From NCBI RefSeq assembly GCF_000017305.1, contig NC_009664.2, positions 3,150,001-3,182,000 of the forward strand: a stretch of DNA of 32,000 bases, in the 5' to 3' direction. Of this stretch, positions 8,825-16,459 are shown piece by piece. The stretch is from Kineococcus radiotolerans SRS30216 = ATCC BAA-149. GTDB taxonomy: Bacteria > Actinomycetota > Actinomycetes > Actinomycetales > Kineococcaceae. Numbering within the stretch: the first letter of the stretch is position 1; every line of letters starts with the position of its first letter. The notes beneath the pieces are model-generated. The model worked only from the letters and a program-made list of their open reading frames with translations. It searched no databases and was not told where the DNA came from. A program made the position numbers and the translations under genes.

Positions 8825-10396
8825 GTGAGGACAGCCACGCACACGGGGGAGAACGCACCGGCCGACGCTCCGGAGGGGAAGCGTCGGGGGACCGGTGCGC
8901 TCTCGGGCGTCCTGAGCGCGGGACTGACGCTCGGCGTGGGGCAGCTGGTCGCGGGGATCGTCTCCCCGTCGGCCGCGCCCCTCGTCGTCGTCGGGGCCGC
9001 GGTGGTGGACCGCGTCCCCGCCGGGCTGAAGGACTTCGCGATCCGGACCTTCGGCGCCCACGACAAGGTGGTGCTGCTGGCGACGATCGCGGTCCTGGTC
9101 ACCCTGCTCGCCGCGCTGGCGGGGGTGCTGGCGCGGCGCCGCCTCGCCGTCGGCGTCGGGCTCGTCGGCGCCCTCGGGCTCGTCGGCGTGCTCGCCGCCG
9201 CCACCCGCCCCGACGCGACCCCGCTGTCCCCGCTGCCCTCGGTCCTGGGGGCGGGGGCGGGGGCCTACGCCCTCACCGTCCTGACCCGCCGTCTCGCCGG
9301 GCCCGCGCTGCGCGCCGCCGGGGGGCCGCGGCGCCGGGCGGTCCTGCTGGGCGGCACGGCGGTGGCCGCGGCCGCGACGGGCGGGGCGGGGCAGCTGCTG
9401 GTGACCACCCGCAGCGCCGAGGACTCGCGCGCCGGGGTCGTCCTGCCCGCGCCCGCCGACCCCGCCCCGCCGCTGCCCGCCGGCCTCGACCCGGCCGACG
9501 CGCTGGCCAGCGGGCTGACCACGTACGCCACCAGGACCGCGGACTTCTACCGCGTCGACACCGCCCTCGTCGTCCCCGACGTGCGGGCCGAGGACTGGTC
9601 GCTGCGGGTGCACGGCCTCGTCGACCGCGAGCTCACCCTGAGCTTCGACGACGTGCTCGCGATGCCGCTGCGGGAGCGCTGGATCACCCTGACCTGCGTC
9701 AGCAACGAGGTCGGCGGGAGCTACGTCGGCACCGCGCGGTGGCTGGGGTACCCGCTGGCCGAGCTGCTGGAACGGGCCGGGGTCCGGGCCGGCGCCGACA
9801 TGCTCTACGCCACGAGCACCGACGGGTTCACCCTGTCCACCCCGCTGGCCGAGGCCACCGACGGCCGTGACGCGATGCTCGTGGTGGGCATGAACGGGGA
9901 ACCGTTGCCGCGCGAGCACGGCTTCCCGGTGCGCCTGGTCGTCCCCGGGCTGTACGGCTACGTCTCGGCGTGCAAGTGGGTCACCGACCTCGAGGTCACC
10001 CGCTTCGCGGACAAGACCGCCTACTGGACCGACCGCGGCTGGGCGGCGAAGGGCCCGATCAAGACGGCCTCGCGCATCGACGTGCCGCGGTCCTTCGCGA
10101 AGCTGCGCGCCGGGCGGGTCCCGGTCGCCGGGGTCGCCTGGGCCCAGCACCGCGGGATCAGCGCCGTCGAGGTCCGCGTCGACGAGGGGGAGTGGCGGCC
10201 GGCGAAGGTCCTGCCCTCCGCCTCCGAGGACACCTGGTGCCAGTGGGTCTACGACTGGGACGCCTCCGAGCCGGGGAACCACACCGTCCAGGTCCGCGCC
10301 GTCGACGGGACGGGCGAACCGCAGACCGACGTCGTCGCCGCCCCCATCCCCGACGGCTCCAGCGGGTACGACTCGGTGTCCGTCACCGTCGAGTAG
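8825..10396 (+). CDS. Membrane-anchored molybdopterin-dependent oxidoreductase (sulfite-oxidase family)
   Basis: 523 aa. The N-terminal ~200 aa contain about six hydrophobic helices. A Moco-binding domain follows (WSLRVHGLV..., [12 protein letters not shown] with the Mo-ligand Cys, [21 protein letters not shown]), and then an Ig-like C-terminal domain. Confidence 0.85.
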   Translation: MRTATHTGENAPADAPEGKRRGTGALSGVLSAGLTLGVGQLVAGIVSPSAAPLVVVGAAVVDRVPAGLKDFAIRTFGAHDKVVLLATIAVLVTLLAALAGVLARRRLAVGVGLVGALGLVGVLAAATRPDATPLSPLPSVLGAGAGAYALTVLTRRLAGPALRAAGGPRRRAVLLGGTAVAAAATGGAGQLLVTTRSAEDSRAGVVLPAPADPAPPLPAGLDPADALASGLTTYATRTADFYRVDTALVVPDVRAEDWSLRVHGLVDRELTLSFDDVLAMPLRERWITLTCVSNEVGGSYVGTARWLGYPLAELLERAGVRAGADMLYATSTDGFTLSTPLAEATDGRDAMLVVGMNGEPLPREHGFPVRLVVPGLYGYVSACKWVTDLEVTRFADKTAYWTDRGWAAKGPIKTASRIDVPRSFAKLRAGRVPVAGVAWAQHRGISAVEVRVDEGEWRPAKVLPSASEDTWCQWVYDWDASEPGNHTVQVRAVDGTGEPQTDVVAAPIPDGSSGYDSVSVTVE

Positions 10397-10414
10397 GACC
10401 CCCGCGCCCGCGCA

Positions 10415-10446
10415 CCCCCGGTCAGGAACCTCCTGGCCGGGGGTTT
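10415..10446 (+). terminator. Intrinsic terminator after the Mo-oxidoreductase gene
   Basis: CCCCCGGTCAGG (10415-10426) pairs with CCTGGCCGGGGG (10432-10443), giving 12 bp with one G-U pair and a 5-nt loop. A TTT tract follows at 10444-10446. Confidence 0.55.
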
Positions 10447-10499
10447 CGCCGTCCCCGCGGGTCGTCGCGACGAGTTCCCGCGAAGACTTGCGGTGCAGA

Positions 10500-10527
10500 C
10501 CAATCCATTCGCGCCGCGGGTTCGAAT
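10500..10527 (+). promoter_or_regulatory. Candidate SigK-type ECF promoter (CAATCC-N15-TCGAAT) for fasciclin-sigK-rskA
   Basis: CAATCC (10501-10506) and TCGAAT (10522-10527) are 15 nt apart, about 55 nt upstream of GTG 10582. The ATCC and CGAA cores have the same spacing as in the 8790-8816 site. Confidence 0.45.
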
Positions 10528-10581
10528 CCCTGGTGTTCGACCGGCCGGGCACCTCGCCCGGAACACCACAGGAGGAAACCC

Positions 10582-11265
10582 GTGAAGCTCATGCAGACCC
10601 GCCGCGCTGGAACCCTCATGGCCATCGCCGCCACCGCCACGTTCGGTCTCGCGGCCTGCGGCGGCGGCTCGGACACCGCGTCCTCGGACACGACGTCCTC
10701 GAGCAGTTCCAGCAGCACCACCTCGAGCTCGCCGTCGATGACCAGCTCCAGCCCCTCGATGGCCGCCATGTCCGGGCCCGTCGGCCCCGGCTGCGCGGAC
10801 TACGCCGCGGCCAACGCCTCCGGTCCCGCGTCGGTCGACGGCATGGCCGCGGACCCGCTGGCCACCGCCGCGAGCAACAACCCGCTGCTGAAGACCCTCA
10901 CCGCGGCCGTCTCCGGCCAGCTCAACCCGCAGGTGAACCTGGTCAACGACCTCAACGGCGGGGAGTTCACCGTCTTCGCCCCCGTCGACGACGCCTTCGC
11001 GAAGATCGACCCGGCCACGATCGAGGGCCTCAAGACCGACAGCGCCACGCTGCAGAAGATCCTCACCTACCACGTCGTGCAGGGCCGGATCGCCCCCGAC
11101 CAGCTCGCCGGCACCCACGCCACCCTCGAGGGCGGCGACGTCACCGTGGCCGGGACCCCGGAGGCGCTGACCGTCAACGGCAGCACCAACGTCATCTGCG
11201 GCGGGGTCTCCACGGCCAACGCGACGGTCTACCTGGTGGACTCCGTCCTCATGCCGCCGGCCTGA
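10582..11265 (+). CDS. Fasciclin (FAS1) domain lipoprotein, MPT70/MPT83-like
   Basis: AGGAGGA (10570-10576) lies 5 nt upstream of GTG 10582. The signal peptide has the lipobox FGLAAC. A Ser/Thr-rich linker with a duplicated TSSSPSM follows. FAS1 motifs are [10 protein letters not shown] and TYHVVQG. Confidence 0.85.
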   Translation: MKLMQTRRAGTLMAIAATATFGLAACGGGSDTASSDTTSSSSSSSTTSSSPSMTSSSPSMAAMSGPVGPGCADYAAANASGPASVDGMAADPLATAASNNPLLKTLTAAVSGQLNPQVNLVNDLNGGEFTVFAPVDDAFAKIDPATIEGLKTDSATLQKILTYHVVQGRIAPDQLAGTHATLEGGDVTVAGTPEALTVNGSTNVICGGVSTANATVYLVDSVLMPPA

Positions 11266-11325
11266 GACCGGTCCGAGGTGAGCCCGGGTGTGCCCACCCT
11301 GGTCCGGGGTGGCACAGTGACCGCG

Positions 11326-11901
11326 ATGTCGACCTCGAGCCCACGGGACGCCGCGGAGACCAGCGCTGAATCCGCGCTGGTCGCCGCGGCCCGTGGCGAC
11401 CAGGCCGCCTTCGCGGCGTTCTACGACGCCACCGCCGCGGCCGCGCACGGCACGGTCCTGCGCGTCCTGCGCGACCCGGCCCAGTCCGAGGAGGTCGTCC
11501 AGGAGGTGTTCCTGGAGGCGTGGCGCACCGCGGCCCGCTTCGACCCGGCCCGCGGCAGCGCCCGGGCGTGGGTGGTGACCATGGCGCACCGGCGGGCGGT
11601 GGACCGGGTCCGCGCGGCGCAGGCCAGCGCGAACCGCGACGAGAAGGTCGGCGTGCGCGAGCTCCCGCCCTACGACAGCGTCAGCGAGGAGGTGCAGGTG
11701 CTGCTCGAGCAGGACGAGGTGCGCCGCGCGCTCACCTCCCTCACCCCGCTGCAGCGCGAGGCCATCGACCTCGCCTACTACGGCGGACGGACCCACCGGC
11801 AGATCGCCGACGACCTCGCGGTGCCGCTGGGTACCGTGAAGACGAGGCTGCGCGACGGCCTCATCAGACTGCGGGACGCGATGGGGGTGGTGTCGGCGTG
11901 A
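11326..11901 (+). CDS. sigK: ECF RNA polymerase sigma factor SigK (ECF19-type)
   Basis: GDQAAFAAFYD, VQEVFLEAWR, AWVVTMAHRRAVDRVR, LQREAIDLAYYGG and LGTVKTRLRDGL align closely with M. tuberculosis SigK. ATG 11326 is chosen by N-terminal length. GTG 11278 is an alternative start. Confidence 0.85.
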   Translation: MSTSSPRDAAETSAESALVAAARGDQAAFAAFYDATAAAAHGTVLRVLRDPAQSEEVVQEVFLEAWRTAARFDPARGSARAWVVTMAHRRAVDRVRAAQASANRDEKVGVRELPPYDSVSEEVQVLLEQDEVRRALTSLTPLQREAIDLAYYGGRTHRQIADDLAVPLGTVKTRLRDGLIRLRDAMGVVSA

Positions 11902-12782
11902 ACCCCCTCGACGAGAACTCCCGCGACCGCTCCCACGACCACCGCCCCACCCCTTCGGAGGACCCCTTGCTCGCCGCCGCCTGGGCGCTCGACGCGCTCG
12001 ACGACGACGAGCGCGCCGCCTACGAGGAACGCCTGCGCACCCGCCCCGAGGAGCGGGCCGACGCCGACGCGCTGCGCGAGACCGCCGCCCGGCTCGGCGC
12101 GGCCGTGCCCGTCGAGCCCCCCGCCCGGCTGCGCGCGGGGATCCTCGCCGCCCTGGCCACCACCGCGCAGGAACCCCCGGGACAGGAACTCCCCGCGCAG
12201 GAACCCCCCGCGCAGGAACCCCCGGGACAGGAACCCCCCGCGCAGGAACCCTCCGCGCAGGAACCCCCCGCGGTCACCGACCTCGGCGCAGCCCGGGCCG
12301 CCCGGCGGGACCGGACGCGTCGTCCCGCCCGCTGGAGCGTCCTCGTCGCCGCCGCCGGGCTCGTCGTCGCGGCGGCCGGCATCGGCGTCGGTGTCGGCGC
12401 GGGACCCGACGACCCGCCGGTCGTCAGCGCCCAGGAGGCCGCGCGCCAGGAGGTCGCGGACCTCCTCGCCGCCCCCGGGGCCCGGGTCTCCACCGTCACG
12501 GCCAGCGACGGCGGTACGGCCACGCTCGTCCGCGCCGACGGCCGCCTGGGCGTCCTGACGACGGGTCTGCCCGCCGCCGGCGCCGGGCGGGACTACCAGC
12601 TCTGGCTGGCCAGCGGCGAGGCCGTGTCCTCCGCCGGGATGCTCGGCGTGGGAGCGGGGGGAACGGCGGCGACGGTGGTGGAGGTCGGGGACTCCGACGG
12701 GGTCGGGATCTCCGTCGAACCCGCCGGGGGCTCGCCGCAGCCCACCACGACCCCCGTGGTGTTCACCGCCCTGCCCGCCTGA
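11898..12782 (+). CDS. rskA: Anti-sigma-K factor RskA
   Basis: GTG 11898 overlaps the sigK TGA as GTGA. The N-terminal anti-sigma helix is LLAAAWALDALDDDERAAYEERL. There is a single TM helix (WSVLVAAAGLVVAAAGIGVGV). The C-terminal RskA domain shows DYQLWL...GISVEPAGGSPQPT. Confidence 0.85.
   Translation: MNPLDENSRDRSHDHRPTPSEDPLLAAAWALDALDDDERAAYEERLRTRPEERADADALRETAARLGAAVPVEPPARLRAGILAALATTAQEPPGQELPAQEPPAQEPPGQEPPAQEPSAQEPPAVTDLGAARAARRDRTRRPARWSVLVAAAGLVVAAAGIGVGVGAGPDDPPVVSAQEAARQEVADLLAAPGARVSTVTASDGGTATLVRADGRLGVLTTGLPAAGAGRDYQLWLASGEAVSSAGMLGVGAGGTAATVVEVGDSDGVGISVEPAGGSPQPTTTPVVFTALPA
12168..12272 (+). repeat. Seven tandem 15-nt repeats (CAGGAACCCCCSSSR) encoding (QEPPx)7 inside rskA
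   Basis: The units start at 12168, 12183, 12198, 12213, 12228, 12243 and 12258. They are in frame and encode QEPPGQELPAQEPPAQEPPGQEPPAQEPSAQEPPA, between the anti-sigma domain and the TM helix. Confidence 0.9.
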
Positions 12783-12802
12783 GGTCCGGCCGCCGCCGGA
12801 CC
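12783..12802. terminator. Perfect 8-bp hairpin between rskA and the tRNA-Leu 3' end (possible bidirectional terminator)
   Basis: GGTCCGGC (12783-12790) and GCCGGACC (12795-12802) flank the 4-nt loop CGCC. The hairpin starts 1 nt after the rskA TGA and ends 5 nt before the tRNA 3' end. Confidence 0.5.
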
Positions 12803-12807
12803 GACCG

Positions 12808-12889
12808 TGCGGGAGACGGGACTCGAACCCGCACGCCCGGAGGCACAGGAACCTAAATCCTGCGTGGCTGCCAGTTACACCACTCCCGC
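12808..12889 (-). tRNA. tRNA-Leu (anticodon UAG), type II with long variable arm; no encoded CCA
   Basis: The minus strand reads GCGGGAG-TG-GTG..CAC-G-CAGGA-TTTAGGT-TCCTG-TGCCTCCGGGCGT-GCGGG-TTCGAGT-CCCGT-CTCCCGC-A. The acceptor stem is 7 bp. The anticodon loop has U33 and anticodon TAG. The T-loop is GTTCGAGTC. Confidence 0.85.
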
Positions 12890-12899
12890 TCGCGGGCCC

Positions 12900-12905
12900 A
12901 GCGTA
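12900..12905 (-). promoter_or_regulatory. Candidate -10 box TACGCT upstream of tRNA-Leu
   Basis: The minus strand reads TGA(bcp stop)-gtgcccg-TACGCT-gggcccgcga-GCGGGAG(tRNA +1). The TANNNT hexamer lies 10 nt before the mature 5' end. Confidence 0.3.
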
Positions 12906-12912
12906 CGGGCAC

Positions 12913-13392
12913 TCACGCGTCCAGGCCGAGGTCCCTGCGCAGCTTCGCGACGTGGCCCTTCGCGCGCACGTTGTACTGCGCGAGCTCCACCGTCCCCCCG
13001 GGTCCCACCACGACGGTGGAGCGCACGACGCCCACCGAGGTGCGCCCGTAGTTCGTCTTCTCCCCCCACGCCCCGTACGCCTCCAGCACCGCGTGGTCGG
13101 GGTCGGACAGCAGCGGGAAGGTGATCCCGTCGCGCTCGGCGAACCGCGCCAGCTTCGCCACCGGGTCCCTCGAGATCCCCACCACCCGGTGGCCCGAGGC
13201 GTTCAGCGCGTCCAGGGAGTCGCGGAAGTCGCAGGCCTGCGTCGTGCAGCCGGGGGTCATCGCCGCGGGGTAGAAGTACACGACGACGCGCCCGCCCTGC
13301 GCCAGCAGACCCTCCAGCGAGACGGTCGAACCGTCGTGGGCGGGCAGCGCGAAGCCGGGAGCGCGGTCACCGGGGGAGAGTCGGGCGGTCAT
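12913..13392 (-). CDS. bcp: Thiol peroxidase Bcp (peroxiredoxin)
   Basis: Internal ATG 13392, 159 aa. GDRAPGFAL and VVYFYPAAMTPGCTTQACDFRD contain the peroxidatic and resolving Cys spaced as in Bcp/PrxQ. Confidence 0.9.
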   Translation of the reverse strand: MTARLSPGDRAPGFALPAHDGSTVSLEGLLAQGGRVVVYFYPAAMTPGCTTQACDFRDSLDALNASGHRVVGISRDPVAKLARFAERDGITFPLLSDPDHAVLEAYGAWGEKTNYGRTSVGVVRSTVVVGPGGTVELAQYNVRAKGHVAKLRRDLGLDA

Positions 13393-13398
13393 GCCGGG

Positions 13399-13404
13399 AC
13401 GATA
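13399..13404 (-). promoter_or_regulatory. Candidate -10 box TATCGT for leaderless bcp
   Basis: The minus strand reads TATCGT-cccggc-ATG, a TANNNT hexamer 6 nt upstream of the ATG (13392). The spacer cccggc is the same as at pncB. Confidence 0.35.
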
Positions 13405-13519
13405 ACGACCGGGCCGGGCGCGTGCCCCGCCGGGAGAGCGGGCCCGGGCTCCGGTACGGTTCCGGGGACGCTGGACCAGGACGACCCACGACGACGCAGG
13501 ACGAGCACAGGAGGTGGCC

Positions 13520-13810
13520 GTGGCGGCCAGCGACGGCAAGGCCGAGATCACGACGACCGACCCCCGGGCCCTGGAGCGCGAGGTCGAGGCGCGGCGTGCC
13601 CACCTCGCCGGCACCATCGACGAGCTCACGTCGCGGCTGGCCCCGACCGCCCTGAAGGACCGCTCGGTGGCGACGGTGCGCGCCAAGGTGAACGGCTTCG
13701 CCTACGACCACCGGGGCGGGCTGCGCGTCGAGCGCGTCGCCGCGGTCGGGGTGGCCGTCCTGGGCGTCGCGACGGTCCTCGTCGTCCGCGCGGTGCGCAA
13801 GCGCCGCTGA
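13520..13810 (+). CDS. DUF3618-like small membrane-anchored protein
   Basis: AGGAGG (13509-13514) lies 5 nt upstream of GTG 13520. GTG 13514 is an alternative start. LEREVEARRAHLAGTIDELTSRLAP is followed by a C-terminal TM helix and an RKRR tail, which is typical of DUF3618. Confidence 0.6.
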   Translation: MAASDGKAEITTTDPRALEREVEARRAHLAGTIDELTSRLAPTALKDRSVATVRAKVNGFAYDHRGGLRVERVAAVGVAVLGVATVLVVRAVRKRR

Positions 13811-13834
13811 CCCCCCGCGGAAGCACCTCCCGCC

Positions 13835-13867
13835 GCGCCCCCGGACCCGCCTCGGGTCCGGGGGCGC
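13835..13867 (+). terminator. Strong 14-bp hairpin after the DUF3618 gene
   Basis: GCGCCCCCGGACCC (13835-13848) pairs perfectly with GGGTCCGGGGGCGC (13854-13867) around the 5-nt loop GCCTC. There is no U tract. Confidence 0.55.
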
Positions 13868-13873
13868 TACGGT
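13868..13873 (+). promoter_or_regulatory. Candidate -10 box TACGGT, 7 nt upstream of the GroES-like GTG
   Basis: TACGGT-tcccgcc-GTG (13881). It follows directly after the terminator hairpin. Confidence 0.25.
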
Positions 13874-13880
13874 TCCCGCC

Positions 13881-14228
13881 GTGACACCCCCCACCGACCC
13901 CACGACGCCCCCCGCGGACCGGCTGCCCGTGCGGATGCTGCACGACCGCGTCCTCGTCCTCCCCGACGACGCCGCGGAGCGCAAGTCCTCCGCCGGCATC
14001 CTCATCCCGGCCACCGCCGCCGTCGGCAAGCGGCTCTCCTGGGCGCTGGTCGTCGCCGTGGGGCCCCACGTCCGGCAGGTCGAGCAGGGGGATCGGGTCC
14101 TCTTCGACCCCGAGGAGAAGGCCGAGGTCGAGCTGCACGGCAAGGGGTACACCCTGCTGCGCGAACGCGACCTGCACGCCGTCGCCGCCCCGGGCGTCGA
14201 GGACGGCGGCACCGGGTTGTACCTCTGA
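13881..14228 (+). CDS. GroES (Cpn10) family paralogue with an N-terminal extension
   Basis: 115 aa. LHDRVLVLPDDAAERKSSAGILIP...VVAVGP...GDRVLF...LLRERDLHAV follows the GroES fold pattern (mobile loop, VVAVG). There is no groEL nearby. Confidence 0.75.
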   Translation: MTPPTDPTTPPADRLPVRMLHDRVLVLPDDAAERKSSAGILIPATAAVGKRLSWALVVAVGPHVRQVEQGDRVLFDPEEKAEVELHGKGYTLLRERDLHAVAAPGVEDGGTGLYL

Positions 14229-14272
14229 ACCGCTACTCGCCGCTCGACGTCGCGGGGCCGCTGCCCCTGGAC

Positions 14273-15562
14273 ATGGTCCGCGCCGTCCCCGCCATCGTGC
14301 GGGCCCCGCACCTGTTCCTCGCCGAGGTCACCCGCCGCCACGGCCCCGTCGCGGCGATCCCGTTGCCGCGCACGCCCGTCCTCGTCCTCGCCGACCCCGA
14401 CGGGGTCCGCCGGGTCCTCGTCGAGAACGCCCGCGGCTACGGCAAGGCGACGATCCAGTACTCGGCGCTGGCGACGGTCACCGGCCCCGGGCTGCTCGCC
14501 GGCGACGGGGAGGTCTGGAAGCAGCACCGCCGCACCGTCCAGCCCGCCTTCCACCACGGCAGCCTCGAGGACGTCGCCGCCCACGCCGTGCACGCCGCGC
14601 GGGGGCTGGTCGCCGAGGCCGACGCCCTGCCCCCGGGCACCCCGCTGGAGGTGCTCGGCGCGACCTCCCGCGCCGGTCTGGAGGTCGTCGGGCACACCCT
14701 GGCCGCGGCCGACCTCTCCGGGGACGCCCCGCTGCTCGTCGAGGCCGTCGGGCGGGCCCTCGAACTCGTCGTCCGCCGCGCCGCGAGCCCCGTCCCCGCG
14801 GCCTGGCCGACCCCCGCCCGGCGGCGGCTGGCCCGCGAGGTCGCGGTGATCGACGAGGTCTGCGCCCGCATCGTCGCGACGCGGCGCGCCCGCCCGCTCG
14901 AGGACCCCCGCGACGTCGTCGGGCTGATGCTGGCCGCCGGGATGGACGACCGGCAGGTCCGCGACGAGCTCGTCACCTTCGTCGTCGCCGGGCACGAGAC
15001 CGTCGCGTCCTCCCTCACCTGGACCCTGGACCTGCTGGCCCGCGCCCCCTCCGTCCTGGCCCGGGTCCACGCCGAGCTCGCCGGCGCCCTCGGGGGGCGC
15101 GAGCCCGGCTGGGACGACCTGGGGAAGCTGCCGCTGCTGCGGGCCGTCGTGGACGAGTCGCTGCGCCTCTACCCCCCGGCGTGGGTGGTGACCCGCCAGG
15201 CCCTCGCCGACGACGTCGTCGCGGGCGTCGCGGTCCCCGCGGGGACGCTGGTCATCGTCTGCACGTGGGGGCTGCACCGCGACCCCGCGCTGTGGGAGGC
15301 GCCGGAGGAGTTCCGCCCGGACCGCTTCCTCGACGCCCCCCGCCCGGCGGCGGGCAGCTACGTCCCCTTCGGGGCGGGACCGCGGTTGTGCATCGGGCGC
15401 GACCTCGCCCTCGTCGAGGAGGTCCTGGTCCTGGCGACGCTGCTGTGCGAGCGCACCGTGCGGCCCGCCGGCCCGGCGCCGCGCGTCGATGCGCTGGTGA
15501 CGCTGCGCCCGCGCGGGGGGCTGCCGCTGCACGTGGAGCGTCTGGCACCCTCGGCGTCGTGA
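14273..15562 (+). CDS. Cytochrome P450
   Basis: 429 aa. The I-helix is VVAGHETVASSL, the ExxR motif is DESLRLYPP, and the heme-thiolate loop is FGAGPRLCIGRDLAL. Confidence 0.9.
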   Translation: MVRAVPAIVRAPHLFLAEVTRRHGPVAAIPLPRTPVLVLADPDGVRRVLVENARGYGKATIQYSALATVTGPGLLAGDGEVWKQHRRTVQPAFHHGSLEDVAAHAVHAARGLVAEADALPPGTPLEVLGATSRAGLEVVGHTLAAADLSGDAPLLVEAVGRALELVVRRAASPVPAAWPTPARRRLAREVAVIDEVCARIVATRRARPLEDPRDVVGLMLAAGMDDRQVRDELVTFVVAGHETVASSLTWTLDLLARAPSVLARVHAELAGALGGREPGWDDLGKLPLLRAVVDESLRLYPPAWVVTRQALADDVVAGVAVPAGTLVIVCTWGLHRDPALWEAPEEFRPDRFLDAPRPAAGSYVPFGAGPRLCIGRDLALVEEVLVLATLLCERTVRPAGPAPRVDALVTLRPRGGLPLHVERLAPSAS

Positions 15563-15972
15563 ACGAGAGCCGCCCCGCCAGCCGCAAGGAGACCTTCGTC
15601 TTCGCCGCCTCCGACGGCGTGCCCCCGCAGGTCGGCCCGTTCGCGCACGCGACCCGCCTCGGCGACCTGGTCTTCCTCACCGGCCAGATGCCCACCGACC
15701 CCGCCACCGGGGAGCTGGTGGGCGGCGGGATCGTCGAGCAGGCCGAGCAGGTCCGCGCGAACCTCGCCGCCGTCCTCGCGGGGTTCGACCTCACCCTCGA
15801 CGACGCCCTGCAGGTCCGCGTCTACCTGCGGCACTTCGACGAGCACTTCGAGGCGTTCAACGAGCGCTACCGGACGTGGTTCGCCGGGCCGCTGCCCGCC
15901 CGCACGACGATCGGGGTCACCGGGCTCGCCGTGGGCGCCCTCGTGGAGGTCGACGTCACCGCGGGCCGGTGA
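15559..15972 (+). CDS. RidA/YjgF/Endoribonuclease L-PSP family protein
   Basis: GTG 15559 overlaps the P450 TGA as GTGA, 137 aa. GPFAHATRLGDLVFLTGQ, QVRANL and ARTTIGVTGLAVGALVEVD are family motifs. Confidence 0.85.
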   Translation: MNESRPASRKETFVFAASDGVPPQVGPFAHATRLGDLVFLTGQMPTDPATGELVGGGIVEQAEQVRANLAAVLAGFDLTLDDALQVRVYLRHFDEHFEAFNERYRTWFAGPLPARTTIGVTGLAVGALVEVDVTAGR

Positions 15973-16088
15973 CGGCGCCTGCTCCGGACGGGTGGTCCCG
16001 GGGCCCGGGGGCTCGAGCCCGGCCCCCGGCCGGTCGATGGACCGGGGACGGCCGACGGCCGTGGTCACGAGATCGAGGAGGATCCATC

Positions 16089-16445
16089 GTGAAACCGCTC
16101 CAGCAGGTCCTGCGGGACCTCGAGTTCGCCGCGGGCCAGGGCACGCTCACGCCCTCGTTCCTGGACTGCTACGCCCGCCGCCACGGCGAGAAGGTCCTCG
16201 CCCTCTACGCCCTCGCCGCCCACCACGGCCTGCCCGTCGCCGACGAGGACGGCCGCAACGACCACCTCGCACCGCCGCGGGAGTGGCGCTCCTCGGTAGA
16301 CCTCGGGGCCGTGGAGCGCGAGCTCGACGCCCGCAGCGCCGCCGTCGTCCGCGAGGTCCACGACGCCGCCGACGACGGGCGCCCCGCGGTGCTGCGCAAG
16401 CGCGACCGGCGCGGCTCCCACCCGCTCACCACGACCGGCGGCTGA
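16089..16445 (+). CDS. Hypothetical protein (118 aa), no recognisable domain
   Basis: GAGGAGGA (16075-16082) lies 6 nt upstream of GTG 16089. GC3 is strong in this frame, so the overlapping antisense ORF 16065-16421 is rejected. Confidence 0.6.
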   Translation: MKPLQQVLRDLEFAAGQGTLTPSFLDCYARRHGEKVLALYALAAHHGLPVADEDGRNDHLAPPREWRSSVDLGAVERELDARSAAVVREVHDAADDGRPAVLRKRDRRGSHPLTTTGG

Positions 16446-16459
16446 GGGGCGGTCTCAGG
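16442..16459. repeat. Copy A of the stop-to-stop junction motif CTGAGGGGCGGTCTCAGG
   Basis: It contains the TGA of the 118-aa gene (16443-16445) and the TCA (stop complement) of the 160-aa gene (16455-16457). It matches 17910-17928 at 18 of 19 positions with a 1-nt indel. Confidence 0.8.

Noticed and set aside
10462-10473. Perfect 12-bp palindrome TCGTCGCGACGA upstream of the fasciclin promoter
   Set aside because: Short CG-rich palindromes are expected by chance many times in 32 kb at this composition. Nothing else supports a regulatory role.
10519-10530. GGTTCGAATCCC, identical to a tRNA T-loop/T-arm core; possible tRNA, tRNA fragment or integrase att remnant
   Set aside because: The flanking T-stem pairs at only 3 bp. 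The best acceptor pairing leaves about 60 nt, too short for D and anticodon arms. It lies on the opposite strand to the real tRNA-Leu, so it is not a direct repeat of it. No integrase is present. It is better explained as the -10 (TCGAAT) of the SigK-type promoter.
7970-10552. 860-aa ORF antisense to rph, rdgB and the Mo-oxidoreductase
   Set aside because: This is the same kind of GC artefact. The opposite strand encodes three proteins with clear family signatures.
11294-11312. 6-bp hairpin (CCACCC/GGGTGG) between the fasciclin gene and sigK, considered as a terminator or attenuator
   Set aside because: The stem is short, the loop is 7 nt and there is no U tract. It may even lie inside sigK if GTG 11278 is the true start.
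12168-12272. 15-nt tandem repeats considered as a possible CRISPR-like array
   Set aside because: The units are contiguous with no spacers, far shorter than CRISPR repeats, and in frame inside rskA. No cas genes are present.
12783-12912. tRNA-Leu as a possible integration hotspot for a genomic island
   Set aside because: No integrase gene and no direct repeat of the tRNA 3' end occur anywhere in the window. The flanking genes (rskA, bcp) look like ordinary chromosomal genes.
12807-13124. ORFs 12807-13124 (+) and 12875-13069 (-) overlapping the tRNA and bcp
   Set aside because: They overlap a well-folded tRNA-Leu and run antisense or out of frame to bcp. No protein signature is present.
13367-15532. 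721-aa ORF antisense to the DUF3618, GroES-like and P450 genes
   Set aside because: GC artefact. The P450 heme-binding and ExxR motifs are on the plus strand.
16009-16020. GGGCTCGAGCCC palindrome after the RidA gene, considered as a terminator
   Set aside because: As RNA it gives only a 4-bp stem with a 4-nt loop, and extension needs bulges. That is too weak to call.
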